A DNA stretch of 64,000 nt from Nitrosopumilaceae archaeon (GCA_052389415.1 JBQTHX010000018.1:9558-73557); one strand, 5' to 3'. Positions 51,151 through 62,711 are shown, counted from the stretch's first letter. Notes: generated from the letters alone by a model not told the origin. Made by a program: numbers and translations.

Positions 51151-51822
51151 TCAACCTTTCTGGTTTTCTGATATTGCACTGGCGAATTCTTCAATTATGT
51201 TTGTCCAGTTCTTGGCTTTTACTATCCCGCTTGCTACTAGGATACCCTTTGCACCTAGCTGTATGGCTTTTGTAACATCATCTCCTGAGATAATGCCCGC
51301 TCCACAAAGAAGTCGTGTTGAATTTTTTGCTTTCTTAACAGCAATGATCGATTTAGTTATGATCTCTGGTCTCTGTGTTGAAATGGATTTTCCTGTTCCT
51401 ATGAGCTCAGGTGGTTCAATGGCAATATAATCTGGGTTCATCTTGGCATATTTTCTAGCTTCGTGTGTGTTTTTTACACAGACCACAGAGATCATTTTCA
51501 GTTTCTTCAGTCTAGATACTAATTCATGTATGTGACGTTCTGGAATGCGATGTTCACTATGATTGATTAATGATCCCTTTACAAAGGATTTTTTTACAAT
51601 TTCAGGAACAGTAAAACCAGTAGTACTTCCTACCTTTTTAATATCAAGATGTTGTGCAAGAACAGGTATGTTACATTTTGTTATTTCTGAAAGCAAATGC
51701 TGTGGAGGTGCAACGGCTATCTTGACTTTATGTTTTTTCGAAATCTTTTCTGCTATTTTTGCTAGCTTGGACGCTTTTAAACCTGCTATTTCTTCATAGT
51801 TTTTAAAGTTGATAATAAACAA
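51151..51822 (-). CDS. tpiA: Triosephosphate isomerase (archaeal type)
   Basis: INFKNY, NHSEH, IEPPELIG, LVASG. Confidence 0.95.
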   Translation of the reverse strand: MFIINFKNYEEIAGLKASKLAKIAEKISKKHKVKIAVAPPQHLLSEITKCNIPVLAQHLDIKKVGSTTGFTVPEIVKKSFVKGSLINHSEHRIPERHIHELVSRLKKLKMISVVCVKNTHEARKYAKMNPDYIAIEPPELIGTGKSISTQRPEIITKSIIAVKKAKNSTRLLCGAGIISGDDVTKAIQLGAKGILVASGIVKAKNWTNIIEEFASAISENQKG

Positions 51823-51911
51823 ACTATGGGTACTAGAATAATCTATGATATATTGATTATCAGTTTGGATGGTAATGATAACCGTTTATGTGATTCTATT
51901 TCTGATTACGC

Positions 51912-53225
51912 TCAGATTGCTTTTCTACTGTTTTGTTTCTGATTGATTTGGCTTTTGTTTTGGTTTGGTTTGACACTCCTCACTTTCTTTGTCTTTGGTT
52001 TTGTTGTTTTTTGTTCAGGTTTTATTGAAGGTTTTGGATGTTGTGGCGGTGTGTTCTGTTTTTGTTGATGTGATTGTGGTGTATGGGATTGTGTATGTTG
52101 CATATGTGATTTTTGATTATTATTTGTTATTTGTCTCATCTTACTCCATACAACGTTCATTCTAGCTCTGTATCCTTCGGCGTATTCTAGCTCACTTGGC
52201 ACAAGTGTTGCAGGATGGAAAAATCCTTGACTCCTCATTGCAAAGGCCCTTTTTGTAGCAAGATTTCTTACATAATCCCAATCAGCAGTTGCAAATCCGT
52301 CAACAGGTCCGACAAGTATGCCATTATGCATACTAAACACAAGACTGCTTACTATTGGTATTGCAAAGTTAATGCTTGCAGGAGAGTTTATCTTTACAGG
52401 CATTAGCGGCATGTGGTGACTGCCTCTTGTGTTTCCTGCAACATAATGTGGATTACTAAATGCACTTCCAACTTCTTCTGTTGCAGGAAAATCTTTTTGC
52501 GTTCTTATAATGCAGATGGGATCATCTTTCCCAACATATTTTCCAGCAATGTTGTGTAATCTGTCAGTAGATGCTGCAAGTATTGGTTGATTGTCTTTTG
52601 TAAACACTGAAGAGATAACATATCTACCAGGATACATTAAAGCAGCCTCAAGCGTTGGTTTATCTTGCCATAGGTGGAGTTCTGCAGCCTTGCCTTTCTC
52701 GACGTCCATGACGTTTATCTTGACTCCTTTTGAAAGATTTTGATTTACAATCAGACCAGTGTTACTTAGGGTATCTACAAACATTCTATAAAATGGATAA
52801 TTAAATGCGCCAGGCTCTGTCTTGTCTGCAGCATAAATTGTGAATGCTTCGTTTGGTCTCTCCTCAAATTGCATCTCGGCAACACCTGGACCCATTCCTT
52901 TCACGTTTCCGGAAAATGAATCTTTTAACAAATCCTGTCCTGCTCCATAAAGTCCTTCATTTTTTGCAACTCGTGTTGCTGCTTCAAACGCGTTCCATGC
53001 AATCTGGTGAACATCATGATTATCAGTTCCTTTTGTGTGGGTCATAACAATGTGAATATCATCGCCACAATACCCAATGTATGAATCAATTAAGAGTCCC
53101 TTTCCATCTTTTCTAACTTGTGGTCTTATCACATTTCTTACCGCATTTAACAAACCATCGCTAGGTCTTGTGTGTCCACCAATTCCACCAACATCAGCTT
53201 TGATAACTGTGACAGTAATTCTCAA
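51912..53225 (-). CDS. fbp: Fructose-1,6-bisphosphate aldolase/phosphatase with low-complexity tail
   Basis: KADVG, GLYGAGQDLL, GNVKGMGPG, DKTEPGAFN, YVGKDDP. Confidence 0.95.
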   Translation of the reverse strand: MRITVTVIKADVGGIGGHTRPSDGLLNAVRNVIRPQVRKDGKGLLIDSYIGYCGDDIHIVMTHTKGTDNHDVHQIAWNAFEAATRVAKNEGLYGAGQDLLKDSFSGNVKGMGPGVAEMQFEERPNEAFTIYAADKTEPGAFNYPFYRMFVDTLSNTGLIVNQNLSKGVKINVMDVEKGKAAELHLWQDKPTLEAALMYPGRYVISSVFTKDNQPILAASTDRLHNIAGKYVGKDDPICIIRTQKDFPATEEVGSAFSNPHYVAGNTRGSHHMPLMPVKINSPASINFAIPIVSSLVFSMHNGILVGPVDGFATADWDYVRNLATKRAFAMRSQGFFHPATLVPSELEYAEGYRARMNVVWSKMRQITNNNQKSHMQHTQSHTPQSHQQKQNTPPQHPKPSIKPEQKTTKPKTKKVRSVKPNQNKSQINQKQNSRKAI

Positions 53226-53370
53226 TATTTTTAGTCATAAAATACTTTGATTTATAGTATGTGAAAAATAATTGAGGTCAAACAATAGATCACCAAATTA
53301 TTCAAAATTTGTTGCAAAGAATCCCAAAAAATCGAAATGGTAATAAAGCCCTTGCTGATGAGGATTCGTT

Positions 53371-54675
53371 ATGAGCGCTAGCAAAAAGCCACACCTGAAC
53401 ATGATTGTTACAGGTCACATCGATAACGGTAAATCCACTACGATGGGTCACCTCTTGATGGATCTTGGACTTGTTGATGAAAGAACTATTGCAGCACATG
53501 CTGCAGAATCTGAAAAAACAGGAAAGGGAGACACCTTCAAGTATGCTTGGGTTATGGACAACATTAAAGACGAAAGAGAACGTGGTATTACAATAGATCT
53601 GGCGTTTCAGAAATTTGAGAGTGCAAAATATTTCTTTACATTAATTGACGCTCCTGGACACAGGGACTTTATCAAAAACATGATTACTGGAGCATCAGAG
53701 GCTGATTGTGCAGTTCTTGTTCTGTCTGCCAAAGAAGGTGAGACAGATACTGCCGTGGCACCAGGAGGCCAAGCAAGAGAACATGCATTCCTTTTGAGAA
53801 CCCTAGGTGTAGGGCAGCTAATAGTTGCAATTAACAAGATGGATGATAGCAATTATTCTGAACAAGCGTTTAAGGTGGCAAAAGACAAAGCTGAAAAATT
53901 AATCAAATCAGTTGGATACAAACTGGAAACGGTTCCAATTATTCCCGTTTCTGGATGGAAAGGTGATAACCTTGTTAAAAAGTCTCCAAACATGGCTTGG
54001 TGGACAGGCAAGACTCTACTTGAAGCATTTGATGATTTCAAACTTCCAGAAAAACCAACAGGCAAACCACTCAGAATCCCAATCCAAGATGTTTATACTA
54101 TTACTGGTGTAGGCACCGTCCCAGTAGGCAGAGTTGAAACTGGAGTTGTAAAGGCAGGACAAAAAATTGTTGTCATGCCAGCAGGAGTACCAGGAGAAAT
54201 CAAAACAATAGAAACTCATCATACACAAATGGAATCTGCTGAAGCAGGTGACAACATTGGATTCAACCTTAGAGGTGTAGATAAAAAAGATATCAAAAGA
54301 GGAGATGTAATTGGAACCCCAGACAGTCCTCCAAATGTTGCCAAGGAATTCAGAGCTCAAATTATTGTAATTCATCATCCGACTGCAATAGCACCAGGTT
54401 ATACACCTGTGATGCATGCACATACAGCACAAGTTGCAGCTACAATTGTTGCATTTGAAGCAAAGATAAACCCGCAATCCGGTGCTGCAGAGGAAAAGGA
54501 TCCAAAGTTTCTCAAAGCAGGTGATTCGGCAATCGTTCGAATTAGACCAGTCAGACCACTGCCAATTGAAACCTTCCAAGACTTTCCAGAGTTAGGAAGA
54601 TTCGCACTCCGAGATATGGGTGCAACAATTGCTGCAGGTGTTGTAAAAGAGATTACTGAAAAATACACCGCATAA
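53371..54675 (+). CDS. tuf: Elongation factor 1-alpha
   Basis: GHIDNGKST, ERERGITID, DAPGHRDF, NKMD. Confidence 0.98.
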   Translation: MSASKKPHLNMIVTGHIDNGKSTTMGHLLMDLGLVDERTIAAHAAESEKTGKGDTFKYAWVMDNIKDERERGITIDLAFQKFESAKYFFTLIDAPGHRDFIKNMITGASEADCAVLVLSAKEGETDTAVAPGGQAREHAFLLRTLGVGQLIVAINKMDDSNYSEQAFKVAKDKAEKLIKSVGYKLETVPIIPVSGWKGDNLVKKSPNMAWWTGKTLLEAFDDFKLPEKPTGKPLRIPIQDVYTITGVGTVPVGRVETGVVKAGQKIVVMPAGVPGEIKTIETHHTQMESAEAGDNIGFNLRGVDKKDIKRGDVIGTPDSPPNVAKEFRAQIIVIHHPTAIAPGYTPVMHAHTAQVAATIVAFEAKINPQSGAAEEKDPKFLKAGDSAIVRIRPVRPLPIETFQDFPELGRFALRDMGATIAAGVVKEITEKYTA

Positions 54676-54685
54676 TGTGGTCTGA

Positions 54686-54994
54686 ATGACACAAACGGCC
54701 CGAATCAAGCTTACCAGTACAAGTCTGCCTAGGCTTGACGGGGTTTGTAGTGAAATTAAAGGCATTGGAGAAAAAACTGGCGTAAAAGTAAAAGGGCCAA
54801 CTCCACTTCCTGTGAAAAGACTCAACGTTGTAACCCGAAAATCACCATGTGGTCAGGGAACCAACACTTATGAGAAATGGGAAATGAGAATACATCGTAG
54901 AGTGATAGATCTTAGTGCTGATGATAGAGCAATAAGGCAGTTAATGAGAATAAAGATACCAAATGACGTTTACATCGAGCTGACACTAAAATAA
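54686..54994 (+). CDS. rpsJ: 30S ribosomal protein S10 (uS10)
   Basis: GPTPLP, TRKSPCGQG, MRIHRR. Confidence 0.96.
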   Translation: MTQTARIKLTSTSLPRLDGVCSEIKGIGEKTGVKVKGPTPLPVKRLNVVTRKSPCGQGTNTYEKWEMRIHRRVIDLSADDRAIRQLMRIKIPNDVYIELTLK

Positions 54995-55034
54995 TTCTGT
55001 TAACCTTAAATTACAGATATTTTTGATGAATGTG

Positions 55035-55235
55035 ATGACTACAGAAGATTCTCAAGATATAGTCGAAGAAAAACCACAAATCGCAAGTTTTAGCGTAGTG
55101 TATACATGTATGCGATGTGGAACACCTGTGACGCAGACTGAGCTAAGTAGATTACCTGAAATAAAATGCATCTGTGGATTCAGAGTCTTTAGCAAGTTAA
55201 GACCCCCAGTAGTGAAATCCCTAAAAGCAGTCTAA
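55035..55235 (+). CDS. rpoP: RNA polymerase subunit P (Rpo12); start uncertain
   Basis: YTCMRCG, KCICGFRVFSKLRP. Confidence 0.85.
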   Translation: MTTEDSQDIVEEKPQIASFSVVYTCMRCGTPVTQTELSRLPEIKCICGFRVFSKLRPPVVKSLKAV

Positions 55236-55438
55236 TCGTTTCTGGTTCCTCGGTATGAGTGATATCTTTGCAGATGAGATCTCATCTGTTCCATACTTGA
55301 AAAAAATTCATTGCATTCTTTGCAATCATAAAGCGAATCTCTCTCATGAACAACCTGTTCATGCTGCATCAGTTCTTCTTGCTGTTTGAACTTTTTATCG
55401 CATTTTTCACATTTGAATTTTTTAAAAAGATGTATCAT
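55232..55438 (-). CDS. C2H2 zinc-finger protein
   Basis: Two CxxC-x12-HxxxxH fingers. Confidence 0.85.
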   Translation of the reverse strand: MIHLFKKFKCEKCDKKFKQQEELMQHEQVVHERDSLYDCKECNEFFSSMEQMRSHLQRYHSYRGTRND

Positions 55439-55848
55439 AAGCTATTCTTTGCTTTTTGTGCATCCCAACAAATCCTGCAAATTTGCCCCTGAATAGACCA
55501 CTGTTTCTTTGGATTGTATCTTATAATGCCAAGTTTACTTCCACACGAAGCACAAAAATTTCTTGACTTAAAATGTTCTGACTCTTTGTTATCAAAGCAT
55601 GGTTTACAAAGAAGGCCTTTCATCTCCCATTGCCATCGTGGTTCCCATAAATCTGGAACATTTTTTTCAATACCACAGACAATACACTTTTGCTTTACAC
55701 TCAAATCATAATATTTTTGCATCTCGTTGATATAACAATCAGAACACAAAGGCCCTTCAACATTCCATTCTCTTTTTGGTTTGTGTTTATGAGTAATGTT
55801 TTTTTTGCATACATTACAAAAGGTTGGCTTGCGATTTAGTAATCTCAT
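55435..55848 (-). CDS. Cys-rich repeat hypothetical protein
   Basis: Three CxxC...W..G.[LI]CxxC repeats. Confidence 0.75.
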   Translation of the reverse strand: MRLLNRKPTFCNVCKKNITHKHKPKREWNVEGPLCSDCYINEMQKYYDLSVKQKCIVCGIEKNVPDLWEPRWQWEMKGLLCKPCFDNKESEHFKSRNFCASCGSKLGIIRYNPKKQWSIQGQICRICWDAQKAKNSL

Positions 55849-55976
55849 AGATATAATTTGTATATCTGTTAAAAAAACATTGATGGCAAATCTTTATCAG
55901 AATGTATTCATACTGAAACTTTCCTTCATGCGCTAGCGTAGATTATTAAAATCTGACAAAGAAATTGGCGATGGTT

Positions 55977-56102
55977 CTAACTCTGTTCTAAAGCTTCTTC
56001 AATAAGTTGACTTGCATTTAGCATGCCTTTTCGTTTTGCAATCTCTTCTACCATTTTGTACTGATCCGTGGTAAAACAAACTGGCATTGAACGTTTTTCC
56101 AT
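55977..56102 (-). CDS. Small ribbon-helix-helix-like protein (41 aa; absent from ORF track)
   Basis: Hand translation MEKRSMPVCFTTDQYKMVEEIAKRKGMLNASQLIEEALEQS. Confidence 0.6.
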   Translation of the reverse strand: MEKRSMPVCFTTDQYKMVEEIAKRKGMLNASQLIEEALEQS

Positions 56103-56184
56103 AAATGAGATTCAATATTTGATTTAATATCCTTTTTGGTGTGCTAAAATCACGATTTTTATTCTGTTATGTTTCATCAAGTAC

Positions 56185-56697
56185 GTGGCAAAAAGAAAAC
56201 AAATTTTGGTAATAGGAAACAATGAAAGCGAAATAATACCTGCGATTGAAAAAATAGCATACGATACAGGTGTAGAGGTGGCTAAATCTAGATCTGTGTT
56301 GGTGACTGGAGGACTTGATGGAGTCATGCGTGCAGCTTGTAAAGGTGCCAAAGATGCAAACGGTCTTACCGTTGGTATCATTCCTCAAAACGATCCCTCT
56401 TTTGCAAATGAGTATTGTGATATAGTAATTCCTAGTGGATTGGGTTTGGCTAGAGACTTTCTTAATGCGCTTTCCTCAGACGGAGTCATTATAATAGGAG
56501 GAGGTTCTGGTACGCTTTCTGAAACATGTGCTGCATATATGCACAAAAAACCAATTGTAGCGATAAGAAACACTGGAGGAATAGCTGATATGTTTGCTGA
56601 CAAGTATCTTGATCATAGAAAAAATGTTCTGATAGTCGGTGTAGATTCGCCAAGAGATGCGGTCAATTATATTTTAGAAAAAATTAACTCTGCATAG
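56185..56697 (+). CDS. TIGR00725/LOG-family Rossmann-fold protein
   Basis: TGGLDGVM, TVGIIP, GGGSGTLSE. Confidence 0.87.
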   Translation: MAKRKQILVIGNNESEIIPAIEKIAYDTGVEVAKSRSVLVTGGLDGVMRAACKGAKDANGLTVGIIPQNDPSFANEYCDIVIPSGLGLARDFLNALSSDGVIIIGGGSGTLSETCAAYMHKKPIVAIRNTGGIADMFADKYLDHRKNVLIVGVDSPRDAVNYILEKINSA

Positions 56698-57829
56698 AGA
56701 CTAGCAAAGGATCTGGTTCATAAAACTGACCATATCTTTGGGCTTGTGTTTTTAATTCTTTAACAATGTTTGCAAGTCCAAATTCTTTTCCAGTTTCAAA
56801 TATAGGTTTTTTGAGCCCCATTCCAAGCTGTAGGGCCTTCTCAATCTCCATTACATCACTCGCCTGGTTTGTAACAAGCCATGCTGCATTGTTTAACATG
56901 TTTGCAACAAGTCTTATTGGATTAAACTTTTTTGCAAGATCCTCAGACAATGGAATTCGTTCATATTTATCACCTGAATATTCATAAAATCCCGAACCAG
57001 ATTTTTGGCCAAGCTTTTTTTGGTTAAACAGATCCTCTACTTTTGGATGTGGATTGATTACTTTCTTGTCCCTTGAATGCATCTCAATTGTGGCTTTGTG
57101 AATAACATCGAGTCCTGTAAAATCTGCAAGCTCAAATATTCCCATAGGAAACCCAAGCCTAAACTTTATCGCAGAATCTATCTCTGTCATGGAAGCATCA
57201 TCTCGTTCCAATGCCCAAGCCGCTTCATGAACCAATGGAATGAAAATGCGATTTACAATAAATCCTGCCACGTCTTTTTTGCACAAAACTGGTTCTTTTG
57301 ATACTGATTTTACAAAATCAAGTGTGGTCTGAACTAATTCGGTTGATGTTTTTTGTCCAGGTATTACTTCAACTAATTTCATTAGCTGTGGAGGGTTGAA
57401 AAAATGAATTCCTATAAAGCGCTCAGGCCTTGATGTGGTATTTGCAATTTCCGTTATTGGTAACGTGCTGGTATTTGATGCAAATACTGTTTTTTTATCT
57501 GCAACCTTGTCAACCTCTGCGTAAACCTTTTTCTTTAATTCCATAATTTCTGGAACTGCCTCTATCATTAAATCACAATTTTTTAGAGCGTCAGCGAGAT
57601 CAACCTTGGGAATTATTCTTCCAAGGATGCTATCTGCTTCCTGTTGTGAAAGTTTTTGTTTTGATACTAGTTTGTCTAGACTCCACTTTATCTTCTCCAT
57701 GGCCTTGTCCAAGAACTGTTGTTCGACATCTCTTAGTGTTACATTGTATCCAGACATTGCCGAAACTTGAGCAATTCCATGACCCATTATTCCAGAGCCT
57801 AGAACAGTAACGTTTTTTATGTCCAACAA
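56684..57829 (-). CDS. 3-hydroxyacyl-CoA (3-hydroxybutyryl-CoA) dehydrogenase
   Basis: GSGIMGHGIA, EAVPE, SNTS, HFFNP, GFIVNR. Confidence 0.93.
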   Translation of the reverse strand: MLDIKNVTVLGSGIMGHGIAQVSAMSGYNVTLRDVEQQFLDKAMEKIKWSLDKLVSKQKLSQQEADSILGRIIPKVDLADALKNCDLMIEAVPEIMELKKKVYAEVDKVADKKTVFASNTSTLPITEIANTTSRPERFIGIHFFNPPQLMKLVEVIPGQKTSTELVQTTLDFVKSVSKEPVLCKKDVAGFIVNRIFIPLVHEAAWALERDDASMTEIDSAIKFRLGFPMGIFELADFTGLDVIHKATIEMHSRDKKVINPHPKVEDLFNQKKLGQKSGSGFYEYSGDKYERIPLSEDLAKKFNPIRLVANMLNNAAWLVTNQASDVMEIEKALQLGMGLKKPIFETGKEFGLANIVKELKTQAQRYGQFYEPDPLLVSMQS

Positions 57830-57934
57830 GATTTGTTGCTATGCTCCCTTTTTAAATTATGACAAATCCACTTTCTAGCAAATCTCTTTTACCAGCTAGC
57901 TTCTTAAAACAGAAAAACGATTGGTTGCTAGATT

Positions 57935-58594
57935 TTGGACGTTGAAAAATTCACTGAAGATGTATATGCAATAGCACAAAGACTCTCAGAAGGAAAATCA
58001 GTTGAAGTCAAAGCAAGAATAAACTATGTCAGGGAGAAATTAATCGAACTATATCAAAAAAACTTGGTAAAAATAAACCACTCTGTTTTAGAGATAATTT
58101 GCGCATCAAATCTGATTTCCCAAGGGTATTCGATAGATATCGAAAAGTCGCTTTCTGATTCACTTGTGTGCGATGTGTTTGCAACAAAGGGTGATGGCAC
58201 ATTCATAATGGAAATCGAGACTGGATTTACACCACCTGATCATGCTTTAGACACTATAGATTACTATGTTGCAAGAATAGCAAGCAAGATTGCCAGATAT
58301 AGTAAATATTGTTCAAAATTCGGTCTTGCCACCCCAGTAGTTGGGATATTGCCTATTCCAAAATTATTTTTAAAGTCACCTGGAGAGCGTAAAGAAAAAG
58401 AAATCAAAAAGATTAAAACACTATGCGATAGGTTTTACAAGAACCCGCCAATAGAATATGACGATATACTAAATGCTCGATTGCACTCGATTTATCTTAT
58501 TAATATAGATAAAGGATTTGCAAAGCAGCTTGATCCGTGTAGTTATCTGGATCTTACTGAAAAACTACAAGAGAAAAGTGAGCTTGATCTTTGA
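57935..58594 (+). CDS. Conserved hypothetical protein, possibly PD-(D/E)xK-like fold
   Basis: CDVFA...MEIETG pattern. Confidence 0.6.
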   Translation: MDVEKFTEDVYAIAQRLSEGKSVEVKARINYVREKLIELYQKNLVKINHSVLEIICASNLISQGYSIDIEKSLSDSLVCDVFATKGDGTFIMEIETGFTPPDHALDTIDYYVARIASKIARYSKYCSKFGLATPVVGILPIPKLFLKSPGERKEKEIKKIKTLCDRFYKNPPIEYDDILNARLHSIYLINIDKGFAKQLDPCSYLDLTEKLQEKSELDL

Positions 58595-58617
58595 TGTCGT
58601 TTTGGAATTGGAGTCAT

Positions 58618-59265
58618 TTAAACACCACATAGGGAAGCACTTTGTACATTCCCATCATATAACAATATTAATGAAGCAATATCACAATCGGTTACATAAG
58701 ATGGTACTTGAACAATATTGTACATTAGATCGTTTGGAGAATCTGCATGTACTAGCCCAAGGGCGTGTCCAAACTCATGTCTTGTAATTGATGAAATTTG
58801 TTCTCCTGAAATGTTGTTAATATCGTATATTGTAATCTCAGACCTTACTATCTTGCTATCCTCTAACACATGAGTTGTATACCCAGAATAACCGTCTGCA
58901 TTCTTGGCATCCGTTACTAGTATGACAATGTCCGCATTTTTGTTATTTTCACTAATCATCTCAATTTTTGGCATAGCGGTTTTTGTATCGTATTCTGATG
59001 CCGTGTTTAATGCCTCATTCCAGCTAACATAAGTCGTGGTATCATCAAACTTTATTGTGCCATAGCCTGTTATTGCGTTTTTAACCTTCTCCAACTGGTC
59101 AGCAGAAAGAGGCGTTTCTTTGACTATTGAAACCTGTAATGTTTTATCTGTCTGTTCTTTCCACGGAAAAAACGTGTTTATCGTAGTAAGCTCGCTTCCC
59201 TTTGCATTGATTGGGAAGAACACAAGAAGAATCATTAGTGGAATGGCAATAAGGGTTATTTTCAA
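58618..59265 (-). CDS. Matrixin (M10) family secreted metalloprotease
   Basis: Signal peptide, HEFGHALGLVH, Met-turn DLMY. Confidence 0.88.
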   Translation of the reverse strand: MKITLIAIPLMILLVFFPINAKGSELTTINTFFPWKEQTDKTLQVSIVKETPLSADQLEKVKNAITGYGTIKFDDTTTYVSWNEALNTASEYDTKTAMPKIEMISENNKNADIVILVTDAKNADGYSGYTTHVLEDSKIVRSEITIYDINNISGEQISSITRHEFGHALGLVHADSPNDLMYNIVQVPSYVTDCDIASLILLYDGNVQSASLCGV

Positions 59266-59624
59266 TTATGGAAATGAGGATCTAAAAACCACAAATGCAC
59301 AAGGACGTCATATTGCTTACAGACACTTCCAAATTTGGAAATAACAAGATAAAATATGCCTGGACAAAATTTTAGAAATGAATCTATTGTATGTATGTTA
59401 TAGAATTTACATACATGTCGAGTTTTTCATTTCATTAAACACATTTACTCATGTTATCAAACCTAGATCAATTACTAGTTTATAGTTAATAGAACCAAAA
59501 TCTAAAATTCATTACAAAAATTTTTGAAAAATTATTTGATCATAGAAAAGCTATCATTAATCCTCCATTTCCAAACTTGGCAGAAGGGAGTTTTATACCA
59601 ATTATCATTACCAAATTTAGTAAA

Positions 59625-62600
59625 ATGAAAAAATTCAGTCATCTTAACAGTAGGATATGCAGTTTTCTTATTGCAGTAATATTATTGAGTGGAGCTACAG
59701 CATCCAATATTCAGTTAGCAGCTGCTGTTACTAGTCCTGTATTATATGCAGGTACTTCAACTGTTGCCGCTAATCAATGGCAAAACCCAACTAATGCACT
59801 AGGTGTTGAAGATTCTCTTTGTACAACTAACTTGGGCAATAACAGAATAATAAAACTGACTAACTTTGGTTTTAGCATCCCGTCTGGTTCTACAATTGAT
59901 GGTATTAAAGTCGAGGTCAAATATGCATCATCTGCTGGTAGCAACTCGGATGTTCAACTCCTAAGTTCCTTACTTGCCGTAGGTGATGTAAAAGAAATAT
60001 CACGACAATCCTCTAGCACTGATACTTGTGTAGAATCAATCTTTGGTGCCTCTAGTACTGCTGGCTCGTCAAGTGATCTTTGGGGTGCATCTTGGACAGT
60101 AGATGACATTAATTCCACAGATTTTGGAGTACAAATACAATCCAGCTCTGCTGCAAACAGTGAATTTGTAGACAGCGTAAGAATTACGATAGAATATACA
60201 ACAAACGATGATGACGGTGATGGAATACCAAATGATAGTGACAATTGTCCTACAGTGCCAAATGCAGATCAGGCAGATAATTATGGAACAAGTGCAGGTG
60301 ACGCTTGTGAAGATTCCGATTCTGATACTATATTAGATATTACTGATAACTGCCCTACCACACAAAACACAGATCAAGCTGATAATTATGGCGGTCCTTT
60401 AGGTGATGTCTGCGATGACAATGATCTAGATACCATCTTTGATATTCCTGATAACTGTCCACTAGTTGAGAATCTTGATCAAGCCGATTCCGATGACGAT
60501 GGACTGGGCGATGCATGTGACCTAGATGATGATAATGATGGCATCCCTGACGATGATGATAACTGTCCTATAGAGGAAAATCCAGGTCAGGAAGACTTTG
60601 ATCAAGATGGATTAGGCGATGTATGTGATGACGATGATGATGGGGATAATGTTCCAGATGATCTTGACAACTGTCCTCTTGTAGTCAATCCAGATCAATT
60701 AGATAACGAAGGAGATGGCATAGGGGATGTATGTGATGACGATGATGACAATGACGGCGTATTAGATGACTTCCCTGACAATTGCCAATTTGCACCAAAC
60801 GCAGACCAGACAGACACTGATAACAACGGTATTGGTGATGCGTGTGATGGAGATATTGATGGTGATGGCTTACCAAATGAAAATGACAACTGTCCAAATG
60901 TTCCTAATCTTGATCAATTAGACACTGACGGTGACGGTGCTGGAGATGCATGTGATGACGATGATGACAATGACGGCGTATCAGATGACTTCCCTGACAA
61001 CTGTCCTCTAATAGAGAATGCAGACCAATTAGATACTGATCAAGACGGAATAGGAGATGCATGTGATGACGATGATGACAATGACGGCGTATCAGATGAC
61101 TTCCCTGACAACTGTCCTCTAATAGAGAATGCAGACCAATTAGATACTGATCAAGACGGAATAGGAGACGTTTGTGATGAAGATATTGACGGTGATGGAA
61201 CACCAAACAACAATGACAATTGTCCACTTGTAGTCAACGCAGACCAAACAGACATTGATAACAACGGTATTGGTGATGCATGTGATGGAGATATTGATGG
61301 TGATGGAACACCAAACGACAATGACAATTGTCCTACAGTGCCAAATGCAGATCAACTAGATACTGATCAAGACGGAATAGGAGATGCATGTGATGACGAT
61401 GATGACAATGACGGCGTATCAGATGACTTCCCTGACAACTGTCCTCTAATAGAGAATGCAGATCAACTAGATTCAGATAGTGATGGAGTTGGTGATGTTT
61501 GTGAAACAATAGATCTTACAGTTACGGCACTAGACCAAACAATAATCAACCTATCATGGACTGGTGCACCAACTTCAGAATGTGGTGACTTGATAGGATA
61601 TGACATTTACAGAATGGGGCCAGACGACGAAGGCCTTGTTTATCTTGCTTCTGTAGGTGCTGATACAACAGAATATTCAGATACCGAACTTGATGGAAAT
61701 ACGGAATACACATACATGGTAGTTGCAATCTACGACGGCGAATGTTCCCCAGTAGAATCTAACGAAGCATCAGCAACGACTGCTCCATTTGTAAACAAGA
61801 AAGGAGGATTATCATTTGATGTAACCGCTCCAACTACAAACGGAATAAGCTTCTCCTCGACACAAGATGGAACAGATACTGAAGGATTTGGTGGAAGACT
61901 GGCATCATACTCTAATGATATTCCAACACAGGTGATGAACACAGGAGTAGAACAACGATTCCAGGTTAACATTTATGACAACAACGGAATTGCCGCAGTC
62001 AAACGAGTAGTGATAAACATGTTCTTTGACTACATGCAAATTCAAAAAGCAGATACTTACTTTATGTATGAAGAAGATGGACAAAAATTAACAGTATCAG
62101 ATCCAAACGGATTCTTTGGAGATGTAAAAGTACATAGAACATTTACAGAAACAGAGATGGTACTAACATTTGTCTTTACACCACAAAATCCAATGCCAAT
62201 AACTGACTTGGTGATCAACGCTGAAGACGAATTTAGAAACAACCAGAATACTATTGTCTTTGGTGCGTTTGAGATTCAAGGTGAACCAATATCATCTGTA
62301 GAATCTAGCATGGCAGCAGCAGAGATTCCATACTACAAGAATCCAGACTGGAACCAGTTTGTGATAGATGCAGATGGAAATACGTTGGCCTATGATTCCT
62401 TTGGTAACTTGGACATAAAGCCGATGCAGGTAATAGTACCATCCGTACAATACGGTGATGTAGGAAAATCTGAGAGACATGATGATGGTTTCTATGATAA
62501 AGTATCAGCAGAGAAGGCAAGAATACAAGCACTAGTAGATTCAATGAATCCACAAAAATTACTTGAATCAGAAGAGACGGCAAAGAATGTCAAGATATTC

Positions 62601-62711
62601 CAGTATCCAAGTAATGTAGGTAAAGGCGACAGAGCTGATACCAAGTCAATGAGTGATCTAAAACAAAAAGAGCATTCAAAAGCGATGAAATTAGTCAAGA
62701 GAATTTCATAA
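59625..62711 (+). CDS. Large secreted protein with thrombospondin type 3 repeats and an FN3 domain
   Basis: Signal peptide; repeated DNCP...N.DQ.D.D.DG.GD.C; LSW...Y.IYR...YTY FN3 pattern. Confidence 0.9.
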   Translation: MKKFSHLNSRICSFLIAVILLSGATASNIQLAAAVTSPVLYAGTSTVAANQWQNPTNALGVEDSLCTTNLGNNRIIKLTNFGFSIPSGSTIDGIKVEVKYASSAGSNSDVQLLSSLLAVGDVKEISRQSSSTDTCVESIFGASSTAGSSSDLWGASWTVDDINSTDFGVQIQSSSAANSEFVDSVRITIEYTTNDDDGDGIPNDSDNCPTVPNADQADNYGTSAGDACEDSDSDTILDITDNCPTTQNTDQADNYGGPLGDVCDDNDLDTIFDIPDNCPLVENLDQADSDDDGLGDACDLDDDNDGIPDDDDNCPIEENPGQEDFDQDGLGDVCDDDDDGDNVPDDLDNCPLVVNPDQLDNEGDGIGDVCDDDDDNDGVLDDFPDNCQFAPNADQTDTDNNGIGDACDGDIDGDGLPNENDNCPNVPNLDQLDTDGDGAGDACDDDDDNDGVSDDFPDNCPLIENADQLDTDQDGIGDACDDDDDNDGVSDDFPDNCPLIENADQLDTDQDGIGDVCDEDIDGDGTPNNNDNCPLVVNADQTDIDNNGIGDACDGDIDGDGTPNDNDNCPTVPNADQLDTDQDGIGDACDDDDDNDGVSDDFPDNCPLIENADQLDSDSDGVGDVCETIDLTVTALDQTIINLSWTGAPTSECGDLIGYDIYRMGPDDEGLVYLASVGADTTEYSDTELDGNTEYTYMVVAIYDGECSPVESNEASATTAPFVNKKGGLSFDVTAPTTNGISFSSTQDGTDTEGFGGRLASYSNDIPTQVMNTGVEQRFQVNIYDNNGIAAVKRVVINMFFDYMQIQKADTYFMYEEDGQKLTVSDPNGFFGDVKVHRTFTETEMVLTFVFTPQNPMPITDLVINAEDEFRNNQNTIVFGAFEIQGEPISSVESSMAAAEIPYYKNPDWNQFVIDADGNTLAYDSFGNLDIKPMQVIVPSVQYGDVGKSERHDDGFYDKVSAEKARIQALVDSMNPQKLLESEETAKNVKIFQYPSNVGKGDRADTKSMSDLKQKEHSKAMKLVKRIS
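60942..61460 (+). repeat. Near-identical 111-bp coding repeats inside the TSP3 array
   Basis: Unit starting GGAGATGCATGTGATGACGATGATGACAATGACGGCGTATCAG at 60942, 61053 and 61380. Confidence 0.85.

Noticed and set aside
530-57301. Numerous antisense ORFs (e.g. 530-1111, 26742-27230, 36151-36804, 54016-54579)
   Set aside because: Shadows of well-supported genes on the opposite strand
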